A stretch of 64,000 bases of DNA from Candidatus Bathyarchaeia archaeon (GCA_049515895.1 JBEKTQ010000023.1:1-64000), one strand, 5' to 3'; positions 39,936-51,335 are shown, counted from the stretch's first letter. Notes: generated from the sequence alone by a model not told the origin. Translations and numbers: made by a program.

Positions 39936-41441
39936 TTGGTTTTTGTCGTCCTTGCACTTATAGTAATTCTTGTTTTTGCGAGCGGTGTCTTTAAGGCTCA
40001 GCAAAACGTAATTGAAGTGACACCCAGTCAGAATTCGGCTTTACCATTCACGATTGACACGTATGGAAACGCTTGGGATGGACCCATAGCCTTTGGGTTG
40101 TCAGGGCCCAACGGAACCAATTATTTGGTTATTATGGACACAAACGGCACCTTGCTGGACCTTCGTGCCTCAACCAGCGGCTATGGCGTCGTAAAAAACA
40201 TAGCGCAGAACAATTTTCTATTTGAGGGTGAGCCGCAGCTAAGCGGTGGGTCACAAATCGCGCCGAATTGGGCAACGCACATCTGGAATATTGTCTCGAA
40301 CACAACTCAAGATTTTCCAAATGTTATTTCGCATCACGACGTCGATTATAACCCGATCAACAACACGTTTCTCACTTTGCAGGACTATGTAAGGCCAGTT
40401 GGAAACAATTTCTACCTGATAGACAAAATACTTGAGGTCGATGCTCAAGGCAATGTGCTTTGGACGTGGGATGCTTTCAACCACCTACCTCTCAGCGAAG
40501 CCGATCCTTTCAATAATACGTCTGTGTATAACGGACAGCCGGTAATAGATTTCACTCACACTAATGCCCTTCTATGGGACTACAACAACAACGTTATCTA
40601 TCTAAATGTTCGGAACACCAACACATTCTATAAAATAAACCAGACAACCGGAAACATTATTTGGGGTTGCGGTCAATTTGGCAACTTCACACTTGTAGAT
40701 GCCAACGGTTCTGTGCTTCCAAACGGAGAAAGCCTATGGTACCACAGTCATGATCTTGAGCAGGTTGCACCGGACGTTTTCACGATGTTTAATGACGACT
40801 TCGACAACGTAACCAACTACTATGACTCAAACAGCCAGATGATAGAATTTACGTTAAATGAGCAGAACATGACAGCTACAATAATCAGAAGTTGGACTGC
40901 ACCAATACAATACTACTCATCATACTTAGGGGCAACTGACCTACTGCCCAACGGAGACTGGCTGGGCGACTTTGGCACACCAACCCACCAATTCATCGAA
41001 AACCAGCCCTGGAACTTCACCAACGCAGGTGCCGTTTTGATTGATGTAAACGCCGCCGGACAAATAGTTAGAACGATAACCTTCCCAACAGGGTGGGCCA
41101 TATACAGAAATCAAGTGGCAACTAACATAAGCGCAAACGCACTAAGCCCAATGCCAACGCCAACTCTGTACCCCTCAGCAACTCCGCCCACTGAACCAAC
41201 AAGTTTCTTGCCTGGATTTCCGGCTCAATCAACGACCCAAACTATAGTTACGCCAACCCCAGCTCCAGCTCCAGCCAAAACTTCAGCTCCTACCGTAACT
41301 CAGGCACCCACAATCAAACCTACAGCCAACGCTTCATCCACATCGCCGATTTCAGTCGATTCGTTAATTGTCATAATTGCAGTGATAGTTATTGTGATTG
41401 TTGCTGTTGCTCTGGCTTACTTGAAAAGGAAGAAAACCTGA
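39936..41441 (+). CDS. Arylsulfate sulfotransferase-like secreted protein
   Basis: SHHDV, DFTHTNAL, WYHSHD histidine motifs; C-terminal TM. Confidence 0.8.
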   Translation: MVFVVLALIVILVFASGVFKAQQNVIEVTPSQNSALPFTIDTYGNAWDGPIAFGLSGPNGTNYLVIMDTNGTLLDLRASTSGYGVVKNIAQNNFLFEGEPQLSGGSQIAPNWATHIWNIVSNTTQDFPNVISHHDVDYNPINNTFLTLQDYVRPVGNNFYLIDKILEVDAQGNVLWTWDAFNHLPLSEADPFNNTSVYNGQPVIDFTHTNALLWDYNNNVIYLNVRNTNTFYKINQTTGNIIWGCGQFGNFTLVDANGSVLPNGESLWYHSHDLEQVAPDVFTMFNDDFDNVTNYYDSNSQMIEFTLNEQNMTATIIRSWTAPIQYYSSYLGATDLLPNGDWLGDFGTPTHQFIENQPWNFTNAGAVLIDVNAAGQIVRTITFPTGWAIYRNQVATNISANALSPMPTPTLYPSATPPTEPTSFLPGFPAQSTTQTIVTPTPAPAPAKTSAPTVTQAPTIKPTANASSTSPISVDSLIVIIAVIVIVIVAVALAYLKRKKT

Positions 41442-41514
41442 AACGGTTGAGCTTAAGGAGTTCAGAACATGACTTCCAGCGAGTCATGTGCCCCTCACAA
41501 TTTGTAAATTGATG

Positions 41515-42777
41515 TCAGTTTTCCTGGATCTTTGGGTCAGAAATTTTGGTGGCGACGATTAGGCTTAAGGGGAATGCGGCGAAGGCAAGCAGCACGAAAG
41601 GCACCCATGTTGCAATGTACGAGTAAAGGAAGCCGACCAGTAAATAGGCAAAGGCCTGAGTTATATACATGAAGAATTGAAGGCACCCCAGGGCTTTGCC
41701 GCGTTTTTCTCGTGGGATTAAGTCCCCAAGCAGAGCCTGTGAACCGTTAGCTTCCAAAATGTTGGCTAACCCCAGAATAAAGAAGGCGATGAGGAGCAGG
41801 TAAAAGTTTGCGACAACGAAAAGCAGCATAGCAGGAATGTAAAGCAGGTAACCCAGCAGAAGATAGCGTTTTCTTCCAGCAATGTCCATTCTGAACCCAG
41901 CTATGAGCACCGGCAAAACGGGACCAACAGCCATGAAAGCTGCTGCAATCGCATACTGCAAACCGATTATCTTCAGCGTTTCCGTGGCGTAGAGCACCAA
42001 GAAAATCTGGCAGCCCGCGGTAATGCTGTTGATGCCAACGGTTGTAAAGAAGAGGTAATACGCGGATTTTGGAGCTTGAGCCCAAACTTTGAGGCTTTCC
42101 CTAACCGTTTCTGGATACTTGCGAAAAGCCTGCAGCATTTTGGGTCTGGCCGTGTGGTCCTCTGTCGGCAACGTTTCTTTTAGTTTCAACCGTATGAACG
42201 AGGCTGCAAGGTAAGCAACAAACACGATAGCGTAGGCGATTCGTATGCCGAAGTCAGACTGAGGCGACACATAGTTGCCTTTAACCAGAATCAAAACTCC
42301 CGCTATGAGAGGCGCAGGAATAGCGATTAAACCCGTGACAACAGAGTAAAAGTTAAGTCCAGTTCCTCTTTTTGCTGGTTCAAGTGAATCAAGCATCATA
42401 GCAACAAGGGCGGGTCGATAAATCAAGCATAGGTTTTGAATTACCAATCCTAAGACAACCCATTGCCATGAGGGAGCGAAAACCAGAAATAAGTAGCCGA
42501 AGGATAAACCGAATGTCATCATTGCGACAAGCCATTTTCTGCCATGTTGATCAGCAAGGTATCCGCCTGGGAACTGGACAAACGCGATAGCTAACGAGCT
42601 TGCGAAAAACATCATTGACAGCACAAATGGCGTGGCGCCGAGACTGATGAAGTATTTGCTGCTGAAGGTGTCCGGTATCGGCTGCGTGCTGTTCATTAGA
42701 ACCCAGGTTATTAATAGTATTAGAAAATTGCCAGTGAGGACAGCGTTTTCGCCTGTTAATCGTTCTGAAAACCGCAT
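41515..42777 (-). CDS. MFS transporter
   Basis: GYLADQHGRK motif A, about 12 TMs. Confidence 0.9.
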   Translation of the reverse strand: MRFSERLTGENAVLTGNFLILLITWVLMNSTQPIPDTFSSKYFISLGATPFVLSMMFFASSLAIAFVQFPGGYLADQHGRKWLVAMMTFGLSFGYLFLVFAPSWQWVVLGLVIQNLCLIYRPALVAMMLDSLEPAKRGTGLNFYSVVTGLIAIPAPLIAGVLILVKGNYVSPQSDFGIRIAYAIVFVAYLAASFIRLKLKETLPTEDHTARPKMLQAFRKYPETVRESLKVWAQAPKSAYYLFFTTVGINSITAGCQIFLVLYATETLKIIGLQYAIAAAFMAVGPVLPVLIAGFRMDIAGRKRYLLLGYLLYIPAMLLFVVANFYLLLIAFFILGLANILEANGSQALLGDLIPREKRGKALGCLQFFMYITQAFAYLLVGFLYSYIATWVPFVLLAFAAFPLSLIVATKISDPKIQEN

Positions 42778-42989
42778 TTTAAACTCGCTAGGTCGATAAG
42801 GAATTAATAAATTCAGTGGTGGAATATCTTATTCTAAATTGTGTAAAGCGTCATTAGCAAACAAGCACCAAGAAAGCTCAAAATACCGCTTCAACCGAAA
42901 TAAATTATACGCTGAAAAACCGTTTGGGTTGGGGGGTTTGACTCAAGATAATCTTAAATCCAAAGAGCGAAGATAGATTTGATTTCAGA

Positions 42990-43709
42990 GTGAATATGAC
43001 CCGCCGAAAGCACAAGCACTTAGTTAGAGACACGGGAATCACCGTCGTGATCATCACGGTAGTTTTGGGCGCTTTAGTCGCAGCACTATATTTTGCCGGC
43101 AGTAGCGCCCAGAAATCCAAAAACCCAACAGAAAACCCATCTCTGACAGTAGGAGACACCTTCACTTACAAGTTGTCGGGCTCCACGGTTCTGGGCAGTG
43201 CCGACGCTGTTACCCCCAAAGAGTTTTTGCAGTACAACAACACTGAATACTATCAAGTGAACGTAACAGCAATCCAAGGCACCCACGTTTCCCTTGAAAC
43301 AATCTGGCAGTTCAAGAACGGCACACAAGTTACAAATCCCCAGGTAATCGATTTATCCACAGGAGCGTGCGCCGAGCTCGCTGGATTCAGCTACCTTTAC
43401 CCCTCAAACCTCAACCTTACCGATCCTCTATACCCGCAGGAAACCAGCAAACTCGTCGTCAACAACACCAGCACCCAACAGTACGCTCACTCAAGCAGGG
43501 CAACAAACTATTGGGCAACAGAAGACGAATTTATCGACACCACCGACCAAACAGGCAACACTATGCGCTACGACTACATCGCAGTATTTTTCGACAAACA
43601 AACAGGGATGCTTGATCAACTGACCCGAATTCAATTTTTCACAAACCCCGAAATACAGTTGACAACCACCTGGCAACTTACCAGCTCAAACGTCTGGGTC
43701 GTCCAATAA
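42990..43709 (+). CDS. Hypothetical membrane-anchored secreted protein
   Basis: N-terminal TM; VGDTFTY, FDKQTGML. Confidence 0.7.
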   Translation: MNMTRRKHKHLVRDTGITVVIITVVLGALVAALYFAGSSAQKSKNPTENPSLTVGDTFTYKLSGSTVLGSADAVTPKEFLQYNNTEYYQVNVTAIQGTHVSLETIWQFKNGTQVTNPQVIDLSTGACAELAGFSYLYPSNLNLTDPLYPQETSKLVVNNTSTQQYAHSSRATNYWATEDEFIDTTDQTGNTMRYDYIAVFFDKQTGMLDQLTRIQFFTNPEIQLTTTWQLTSSNVWVVQ

Positions 43710-43866
43710 CAGACTAGCCAAGAAAAGCCTGATTTTGCATACGGCAACCAAAAATACCACACACTTAGATTCAATGTTAAAATCAACCTCAGAATTGACC
43801 CTAAATAAATCGCAAACGAAAAATATGCGTCTAACAGAAACTTACTCGGAAAAAATTGAGTGATTT

Positions 43867-44736
43867 TTATCCGAATTTTCCGAAAATGAAAGCAAGCAAA
43901 CCGAAAACGAACAGGAGAAGAACGATCTTCTTTATTTGTCGAGCATTCTCCCTTGAAGGATTTCTAATCAACCGCGCCGAACACCAAACCAAACCGACGT
44001 CAGTTACCAGCACAAAGGGAACAAACCATACGGAGACTAAACGGAAAATCAACGGAAGAGGCGATAGACAGACGGCAAAGATAAAAAAGGCAGCCGCGGC
44101 ATAAGCAGCCTTTCTTTCACCGAAGGTTACAGCTAGAGTTCTGATTTTGCTTAAGCTGTCACCTTGAACGTCAACAATGCCTTTTGCGATTTCTCGACCT
44201 GTGTTTGAGAGAAACGCCATGGAAGCGAAAAGCAAAATATTGATTCTGATTAGGTTGACTGCCACCAAGCTGCCGAATAGAAAAGGCGCTGCGACGCATG
44301 CACTAACCAGCAAGTTGCCAGCAAATCCCCTTCGTTTACCAACAGTTGAGTAGACCATCATAATCACCCAAGCCGCAAAAGCAAACAAAAAACAGTAAAC
44401 GCTTATGACGAAGGCCGAAACCAAACCCACAGCCGTCAGAAATCCAGTTAACACCAATGCAGCCCTCAAGGAAACTGCACCGCTTGGGATTGGGCGCGAA
44501 GGCTCATTTATCTTATCTATATCAAAATCGTAGTAGTCATTAACAGCCATTGCGGCCCCAGTCAACGTAAACGCGGTTATTGCGCCGTAAACCAGGTTCA
44601 GCCAATGTAGGCTGCTGTTGCCTGCCAAGCCGACGCCTACGAGAACCGCGAAACTCATAACTATGCAGTTCACAGGCCGTAGCAATCGAAGCAAACCACT
44701 GATTTTAACCACAGAGATTAGCCCTTTTCTTGACAT
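43867..44736 (-). CDS. Digeranylgeranylglyceryl phosphate synthase (UbiA family)
   Basis: LLRPVN, NDYYDFDIDKINEPSRPIPSG, REIAKGIVDVQGD. Confidence 0.88.
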   Translation of the reverse strand: MSRKGLISVVKISGLLRLLRPVNCIVMSFAVLVGVGLAGNSSLHWLNLVYGAITAFTLTGAAMAVNDYYDFDIDKINEPSRPIPSGAVSLRAALVLTGFLTAVGLVSAFVISVYCFLFAFAAWVIMMVYSTVGKRRGFAGNLLVSACVAAPFLFGSLVAVNLIRINILLFASMAFLSNTGREIAKGIVDVQGDSLSKIRTLAVTFGERKAAYAAAAFFIFAVCLSPLPLIFRLVSVWFVPFVLVTDVGLVWCSARLIRNPSRENARQIKKIVLLLFVFGLLAFIFGKFG

Positions 44737-44883
44737 ATTGTAAGGTCTAGTAATTAAAAACTAACTCAAGTAATCCCAAATTCGAATCAGCAATTCATAA
44801 GCCATTTATTCACTTTCATGCTTGTTGTAGGTAAGGGACATCTATTGAACCTTAAGAGTCAATAATATGAATGCCCCGAAACG

Positions 44884-46191
44884 GTGACTGAAAACTTGAG
44901 AATAGGGTTCTTCGTTTGGGAGTATCCGCCAGCCCTCGTAGGCGGACTCGGCACTTACGCTGAATACATAACGCGGGAATACGTATCGATGGGTCATGAC
45001 GTAACAGTTTTCACATTAAATCCAGGAAACTTAAAAACTAGAGAAATCGTCAAGGGAGTAGAGGTCCATCGACCATTAATCGCCAACGCAAGCAACATTT
45101 TCCCTATGTTCGTTACTGAAGACCTGAAAAAATGGGGCACAAACATCAGCATGTTCAACAACATTTTCATCTACAACGTACTCAGCGCAACGAAGTTCAT
45201 AAACAGCATGATAAAAAAAGAAGGCCACAACTTCGACATGGTATGCGTTCACGACTGGCTAAGCAGCATGTCAGGAATGATGATAAAAAACGAAACAAAA
45301 ATCCCCGTTGCATTCCATGTTCACAGCACAGAATGGGGAAGAGCCGGCGGACCAGGCTCAGAAGTTGTCTCTCACATCGAATGGGCAACATCCGAAAAAG
45401 TAGACAGAATACTGACAGTCAGCTACGCGATGCAGGAAGATTTGGTTCGGCACGGCTGGTCGAAATCAAAGATAAGCGTCGTTTGGAACGGAGTAGACCC
45501 TCAAAAATATACCCCGAAAATAGCGAAGCCTGAAGAAATTGAGGCAATACGTTCAAGATACGGAATAAAACCGGGGGATAAAATGATCCTTTTCATCGGC
45601 AGATTAACATGGGTTAAAGGCGTCACGAATCTGGTTCAAGCCATGCCCACAGTCTTGGAAGAATACCCAAACACTAAATTAGTTATACTGGGAAAGGGCG
45701 AGCAGCAAAATGACATAACCGAGTTAGCTAACAGATTAGGGATAAAAGATAAAGTTTCCTGCCGTTTTGAGTTTGTTCCTGAAAAAGAACGTATTCTCCA
45801 TTACGCAGCGGCAGATGTCTGCATTTTCCCATCGACTTACGAGCCATTCGGAATAGTAAGTCTCGAAGCAATGTCGATGGCGAAACCGATAATAGTCGGA
45901 GCTCAGGGGGTCGTGGGTTTCAGAGAACAGGTAGTACCCTCTGGAACTGACCAAAACGGAGTACACGTGAATGGCGGGAACCCGATGGACATCGCATGGG
46001 GCATAAAAGAAACCCTTTCTGACCCTGAACGAGCTAAAAAATGGGGAGAAAACGGACGGAAAAGAGTAATTCAATACTTTACATGGAGAGAAGCCGCTGA
46101 GCAAACAATGCAAATCTATGAGAAGCTTTGCTTCGAAGGCGGAGAAAAATTCGGGGTACTTGATTTAGCTGAAAATTTAGTGAAAACGTAA
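44884..46191 (+). CDS. GT4 glycosyltransferase (glycogen-synthase-like)
   Basis: WEYPP..VGGLG, HDW, HSTE, FIGRL, YEPFGIVSLEAM. Confidence 0.92.
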   Translation: MTENLRIGFFVWEYPPALVGGLGTYAEYITREYVSMGHDVTVFTLNPGNLKTREIVKGVEVHRPLIANASNIFPMFVTEDLKKWGTNISMFNNIFIYNVLSATKFINSMIKKEGHNFDMVCVHDWLSSMSGMMIKNETKIPVAFHVHSTEWGRAGGPGSEVVSHIEWATSEKVDRILTVSYAMQEDLVRHGWSKSKISVVWNGVDPQKYTPKIAKPEEIEAIRSRYGIKPGDKMILFIGRLTWVKGVTNLVQAMPTVLEEYPNTKLVILGKGEQQNDITELANRLGIKDKVSCRFEFVPEKERILHYAAADVCIFPSTYEPFGIVSLEAMSMAKPIIVGAQGVVGFREQVVPSGTDQNGVHVNGGNPMDIAWGIKETLSDPERAKKWGENGRKRVIQYFTWREAAEQTMQIYEKLCFEGGEKFGVLDLAENLVKT

Positions 46192-46504
46192 ACAAGAGAT
46201 TGCAAAGGAAAAATAACATTTGAGAATGCCGAACTCGCCATCAAATGGTCAAACCATGCGAACGCAAGTTACTTAAATCAGTTAGAGGAAAGAATACTGC
46301 CATACAACCTATTGCAGCCAACAAACATTTTAGCAATCAGAGAGGGTAAGGCAGTTAATTGTGCGCATCCAAGTAAACGCCCACTTTTCCAGTGACTGCT
46401 GTTCAAGACTACCTGCAGACTTCTTTGGTTCGCCGTTTGAAACGCCAGAAGAACGATGTTTTTCCGTTTTGCATATTAATGAGAACCGCTAAGGTGAAGG
46501 CTTA

Positions 46505-47326
46505 ATGAAGAAGTGGTTAGTGCTCACGGTAGTGTTGATAGCCGTCATCCTTCTTGGCGCTTCGCTACTGATTTTTCTCAATAACAAGAGCAATAATGCA
46601 TCTTCAGTATCATATTACACTTACTCGATTATTGAGACCTACCCCCATGACACAACCTCCTTCACTGAAGGCCTTTGGTATTCGAATGGTCTTCTTTACG
46701 AAAGCAGCGGCAGCGGAAATGGCCCCGATTACGTTTCAACTTTACGTCAGGTTGACTTAACCACTGGTAAAGTCCTGCAAGAATACACACTGCCAGTCCA
46801 ATACTTCGGCGAAGGCATAGCCGTCATCAACAACGAAATCATACAACTAACGTACACAACCAACATAGGGTTCATCTACGACAAAAACACGTTCGCGTTG
46901 CTTGGCAACTTCACTTTCCCCACTCAAGGCTGGGGTTTAAACTATGACGGCAAAGACTTAATCATGAGCGACGGCTCAGATCACCTGTACTTCCTAAACG
47001 CAACAACCTTTCAGCGCATAGGAGAAGTCAAAGTACACGATGGAAACACAACCATATCGATGATTAACTCGCTGGATTACATCAACGGCGACGTTTACGC
47101 CAACATCTGGCTCACAAACAAAATCGCCATAATCAACCCTGAAACGGGACAGGTGAAGGCTTGGATAGACCTCACAGGACTACCAGCTTCAATTGCAAGC
47201 AAAACAAACGATAACGCTGTACTCAACGGCATCGCGTACGACCAACAAAACAACAAGCTTTATGTAACAGGCAAAGACTGGACAAGCCTCTACCAGATAA
47301 AACTTGTACCCGAAAACAAACCATAA
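46505..47326 (+). CDS. Glutaminyl-peptide cyclotransferase
   Basis: YPHD..FTEGL, YFGEGI, QGWGL, MSDGS, ANIW, VLNGIAYD, VTGK. Confidence 0.92.
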   Translation: MKKWLVLTVVLIAVILLGASLLIFLNNKSNNASSVSYYTYSIIETYPHDTTSFTEGLWYSNGLLYESSGSGNGPDYVSTLRQVDLTTGKVLQEYTLPVQYFGEGIAVINNEIIQLTYTTNIGFIYDKNTFALLGNFTFPTQGWGLNYDGKDLIMSDGSDHLYFLNATTFQRIGEVKVHDGNTTISMINSLDYINGDVYANIWLTNKIAIINPETGQVKAWIDLTGLPASIASKTNDNAVLNGIAYDQQNNKLYVTGKDWTSLYQIKLVPENKP

Positions 47327-47594
47327 TGCTAAAAAGGTTGACTCTTGATGGCTACTACCCATTATGAAATAATTGATTGTAGCGTCTTGCGAAGCGATAA
47401 ATCCCCTTATTTGGAGCGCTCGCTGATGCAGGTTTAAAAGAAAAACGACAGAAAAAACCTTAAATTTGGCTTTCCAGACGTTTTTAACCGCTAAGTGTTG
47501 CGCTTTTGCTTGTAATCTCAAGATTTCTTTTGTTTCAATTTTGTTGAAAAAAGTTAAATACTGATAGCTCTGACTAAGAGGAACGGGGATCCGT

Positions 47595-48296
47595 TTGAGT
47601 GGAGGAGAAAATACAATACCTACGACTGAAAGTAAGTTTCCTTGGAGCAACTATACACTGAAATTGGGCAGAGGAGAACCCGTTTCAACAACGCAGTACG
47701 TGCTATATGCAGTGCAGATCGCAGCGGTTATCATTCTTTCGTACTTAAGCGTCGCGGTGATTCCTTTGAGCTATGCAGGTATATCATTGTTCTACTTTGT
47801 GTACCCCTTCTTCTTAGTATTTACCATGTGGTGGGGAGCTTGGGGTATGCTAGGAGCATACGTTGGATGTGTGATCGGTGCAGGCGTACTTGTTGGCACA
47901 GGACCAGTTCCATCGATAGTCTATTCGATCAGCGATTTGGTGCCTCCGTTATTCGCATTCGTACTTTACCGTGGATTTCTAGCAAACAGAGGCTATGATC
48001 CTTTGTGGAGAGATTTGACAGACAAAGAAGTTGCAGGCGTCAAGACAAAAAGGGTGGGAGCTTGGGTATGGTTCATACTGATAAACGGAGTTATACTGAA
48101 TATAATAAGCGCAGAGATCGGCGTCGGAGTACTTTACAAATTTGGTCTGGTTGCATCCAATGCGTACTGGCCATTTTGGATCGGGTGGATTGTCGGCGAC
48201 TTCGTGGCCATGGTTATCATCACCCCAGTGCTCGTCAAAGGACTAACAACGCTCGTGGAAAGGCAGGGTCTCGTCAATCACGGCTGGATAACTTGA
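47595..48296 (+). CDS. Membrane protein, probable ECF substrate-binding (S) component
   Basis: About 6 TMs, WWGAWG, WIVGDF; first gene of an EcfT/EcfA operon. Confidence 0.6.
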   Translation: MSGGENTIPTTESKFPWSNYTLKLGRGEPVSTTQYVLYAVQIAAVIILSYLSVAVIPLSYAGISLFYFVYPFFLVFTMWWGAWGMLGAYVGCVIGAGVLVGTGPVPSIVYSISDLVPPLFAFVLYRGFLANRGYDPLWRDLTDKEVAGVKTKRVGAWVWFILINGVILNIISAEIGVGVLYKFGLVASNAYWPFWIGWIVGDFVAMVIITPVLVKGLTTLVERQGLVNHGWIT

Positions 48297-48339
48297 CAAG
48301 AATCCTTCCGCAAGAATAATGCGTTAAAGAGGAAGGCAA

Positions 48340-49401
48340 TTGGCAAACCCAGACGACAATGCACGTACTGAAAAAAAGTACGTGCGAACCTTTATTTTTT
48401 CCATGCGAACTGGCACCCCAGTCGAGAAGTTGCATGTGATAACAAAAGTTTTCATGATAGTTGCATTTTCTATCCTTACTCTTTACATGTTCGATATCCC
48501 TGTTTCTCAGGGTGGCCCCGACATCATCGGATTATTTCTCATGATGGCTCTTACGTTTATTCTATTAGCAATCTCGAGAACAGCCAAGTATTTGGTGACA
48601 TCTTATCTTGTGTTGTCAATCCCCGTTCTTCTGGCACAATTCTTCTGGTGGCTTTTCTTCAGCGAATCGCTGCCCGGAGCTAAAATGACGTTTTACCTGT
48701 GGCCAGGATTTTTGCCAATAGGAATTTCCACCGTTGTGCTGGTAGTTACTTTCGTTCTAGTTTACTTGAAAACTCGGAGCATTTTTGTTTCGCTTACACC
48801 CGCCTTGCTATTGTGGTGGTTCACTGTTATGCCAAGCGTTTTGAGTTATTCACCTTTAGCAACTTGGTTTAAGTTTCCACTCGGAGGAGCCTATTCTTTT
48901 TCCCTTCCTCAATGGTCAGCTTACGTTGGATTCGCTAAGGCTCTGGGATACGGGGTCTTAATCTACACGTCGTTTCTTTTTCTTTTGACGACAAGAGATG
49001 CTGAGATTGGGGGAGCACTCAGGCAACTACGAGTGTCTTTCCGAAAGGCCTTCTTTGTCATGCTGATGTTCCGAAACCTAAACACAATTTTGCTTGACTA
49101 CGAAAGCATCAGAATGGCTCAAGTGGCGCGCGCGTCCACTGTAATAAGAAGCGGCATATTGTCGCGGATGAAGGATCTGGCTTACGTATCCATTCCGTTG
49201 GTAGCAACCATGATTAGACGATCTACAGAGATGGGCGTAGCGCTTTACGCTAGAGGTTTCGAAGCCTCAAAAGGCATGACGGACTATAAAGAGACTAAAC
49301 GATTAAGCAGCATTGATTACATGATAATGGGTATTTTAGTAGCATTCTTAATATACGAGGTAATCCTTGGACACTCCATCACTGCCTTATTCGTGAGGTA
49401 A
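48340..49401 (+). CDS. ECF transporter T component
   Basis: AQVARA and ALYARGF Ala-Arg-x motifs, LTT. Confidence 0.82.
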   Translation: MANPDDNARTEKKYVRTFIFSMRTGTPVEKLHVITKVFMIVAFSILTLYMFDIPVSQGGPDIIGLFLMMALTFILLAISRTAKYLVTSYLVLSIPVLLAQFFWWLFFSESLPGAKMTFYLWPGFLPIGISTVVLVVTFVLVYLKTRSIFVSLTPALLLWWFTVMPSVLSYSPLATWFKFPLGGAYSFSLPQWSAYVGFAKALGYGVLIYTSFLFLLTTRDAEIGGALRQLRVSFRKAFFVMLMFRNLNTILLDYESIRMAQVARASTVIRSGILSRMKDLAYVSIPLVATMIRRSTEMGVALYARGFEASKGMTDYKETKRLSSIDYMIMGILVAFLIYEVILGHSITALFVR

Positions 49402-49406
49402 AATGT

Positions 49407-51212
49407 ATGTCGGTATTGGAGGTCAATGGTTTCTGGTGGAAATACCGATCATACGTAGGGGCGGAAAACCCATACACGCTTAGGGATTTGACGTTCAAGG
49501 TTAACAAGGGAGATTTCTTCGGGATAATCGGGCCTAGCGGCGCGGGAAAAACCACTCTTTGCTACGCTTTGACTGGAATAATTCCACATGTTTTTAATGT
49601 TCCCTACGGCAAAGAGCGTGAACATGTAAAAGGAGAAATAAAACTTTTCGGGCAAACACTTACCAAAGTAGAAGCTGTGACGGACGGAAAAACAGGCAAA
49701 ACAGCCGACAAAATCGTCGGCATGAAACAAACAGCACCCAGAGTTGGATTATTGCTCCAAGACCCAGAAAACCAATTCCTGAGAATGGATCTTCTTCATG
49801 AAATCAGCTTTGGAATGCAGATGCTTCAGCTTCCTGAAAGCGAAATTGAGAAAAGAGCCAAAGAGGCGCTTGAAGTAGTCGGGTTGGGCTCGCTTTGGCC
49901 AATAGCGGATCTTGTTCACCCAAACGAATTGTCTGGCGGCCAGAAGCAGAGGGCTGCCATAGCTTCCTTCATCGCCCTGCGACCAGAATTGCTAGTGCTA
50001 GACGAACCTATGTCCAACCTTGACCCTGAAGGTAAGCTCAGCATAATCAAAGCCATAGACAGCATACGAAACCAATACGATTTAACAATAATTGTGGTTG
50101 AGCATAATCCAGAGGTAATTCAAAAGTACGCTAACAAAGTGCTGGCGATGAACAATGGGCAAGCGATTGCGTATGGAACCACCGAAGAAGTTTACTCGCA
50201 GTCGAAACTGTTTGAAGAAAATGGACTCTACGCTTCGGACATAACCAGGATCGGGTGGCAATCAGGTTTAAGCTACCAAGGAAGAGTCCCCTTCACCGTC
50301 GACGAAATGTTAGAGGCATTTGAATCCAAAAAAGAAACAATCTTAACAGACATCGAGGACGACCCGCCCCCTGAGAACGCTGAGGAAATAATAAGCATCA
50401 AAAACCTTGACTTCTCTTACGAAGACGGGACACAAGCGCTTAAGGGCGTAAACTTCACCATAAGAAAAGGAGAATACGTGGGGCTCATAGGGCAAAACGG
50501 CGCAGGCAAATCAACCATATCAAAGGTGATCAGCGGCTTATACAAGAATTTTCAAGGCGAAGCAAAAGTCATGGGGTTAAACCTGCGTGACAGAAAAGTG
50601 ATTCAGAAAATCCCCTGTTACGTCGGCTACGTTTTCCAGAACCCGGACAACCAGATTTTCATGCGTAAAGTTTACGATGAAGTAGCTTACGGGTTAAAGA
50701 ACCTGAAGATTCCGCAGCAGGAGATTGACCAAAGAGTCAATGAGGCGCTGAAAAGCGTTGGCTTGCTGGCAAAGATTAACGAGGACCCAATGTTTTTGGG
50801 AAAAGGCGAGAAACGACGGTTAACGGTGGCATCTATTCTTGCGATGAACCCTAAAATCATGATTGTTGATGAGCCTACAACGGGCCAGGACTTTCGAATG
50901 TCCGAGGACATAATGGATTTGCTTGAAGAACTGAACAAGTCGGGTACAACAATTTTGGCGATTACACATGATATGACGCTTGTTTCTGAACATACAAAAA
51001 GAGTCATAGTGATGCATGAAGGCTCAGTGCTTTATGATGGCTCGACAAGAGGATTCTTCGCAGACGAGGTGTTGCTCGAAATAGCGGGGATAATACCGCC
51101 TATGGCAGTGAGATTCAGCCACGCCTACATGAAAAAGCATCCTTCTTCGCCATGCTTCATAAACACGAAAGAATGGGTTACAGCGCTAAATCACCAAGAA
51201 GAAACAGCCTAA
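49407..51212 (+). CDS. ECF transporter fused dual ATPase
   Basis: GPSGAGKTT / GQNGAGKST, QDPENQ / QNPDNQ, LSGGQKQR, DEP twice. Confidence 0.92.
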   Translation: MSVLEVNGFWWKYRSYVGAENPYTLRDLTFKVNKGDFFGIIGPSGAGKTTLCYALTGIIPHVFNVPYGKEREHVKGEIKLFGQTLTKVEAVTDGKTGKTADKIVGMKQTAPRVGLLLQDPENQFLRMDLLHEISFGMQMLQLPESEIEKRAKEALEVVGLGSLWPIADLVHPNELSGGQKQRAAIASFIALRPELLVLDEPMSNLDPEGKLSIIKAIDSIRNQYDLTIIVVEHNPEVIQKYANKVLAMNNGQAIAYGTTEEVYSQSKLFEENGLYASDITRIGWQSGLSYQGRVPFTVDEMLEAFESKKETILTDIEDDPPPENAEEIISIKNLDFSYEDGTQALKGVNFTIRKGEYVGLIGQNGAGKSTISKVISGLYKNFQGEAKVMGLNLRDRKVIQKIPCYVGYVFQNPDNQIFMRKVYDEVAYGLKNLKIPQQEIDQRVNEALKSVGLLAKINEDPMFLGKGEKRRLTVASILAMNPKIMIVDEPTTGQDFRMSEDIMDLLEELNKSGTTILAITHDMTLVSEHTKRVIVMHEGSVLYDGSTRGFFADEVLLEIAGIIPPMAVRFSHAYMKKHPSSPCFINTKEWVTALNHQEETA

Positions 51213-51335
51213 ATCAGATTATTCTGTTTGTACCCGCCTGTACGCTGGTTCGTTAGATATCAAAAAGAAGCCTCTCATTATGAATCATGTAGGCAATTGA
51301 CAATTGGGCCATCATAGCGTGTGGAATTTGCAGCT

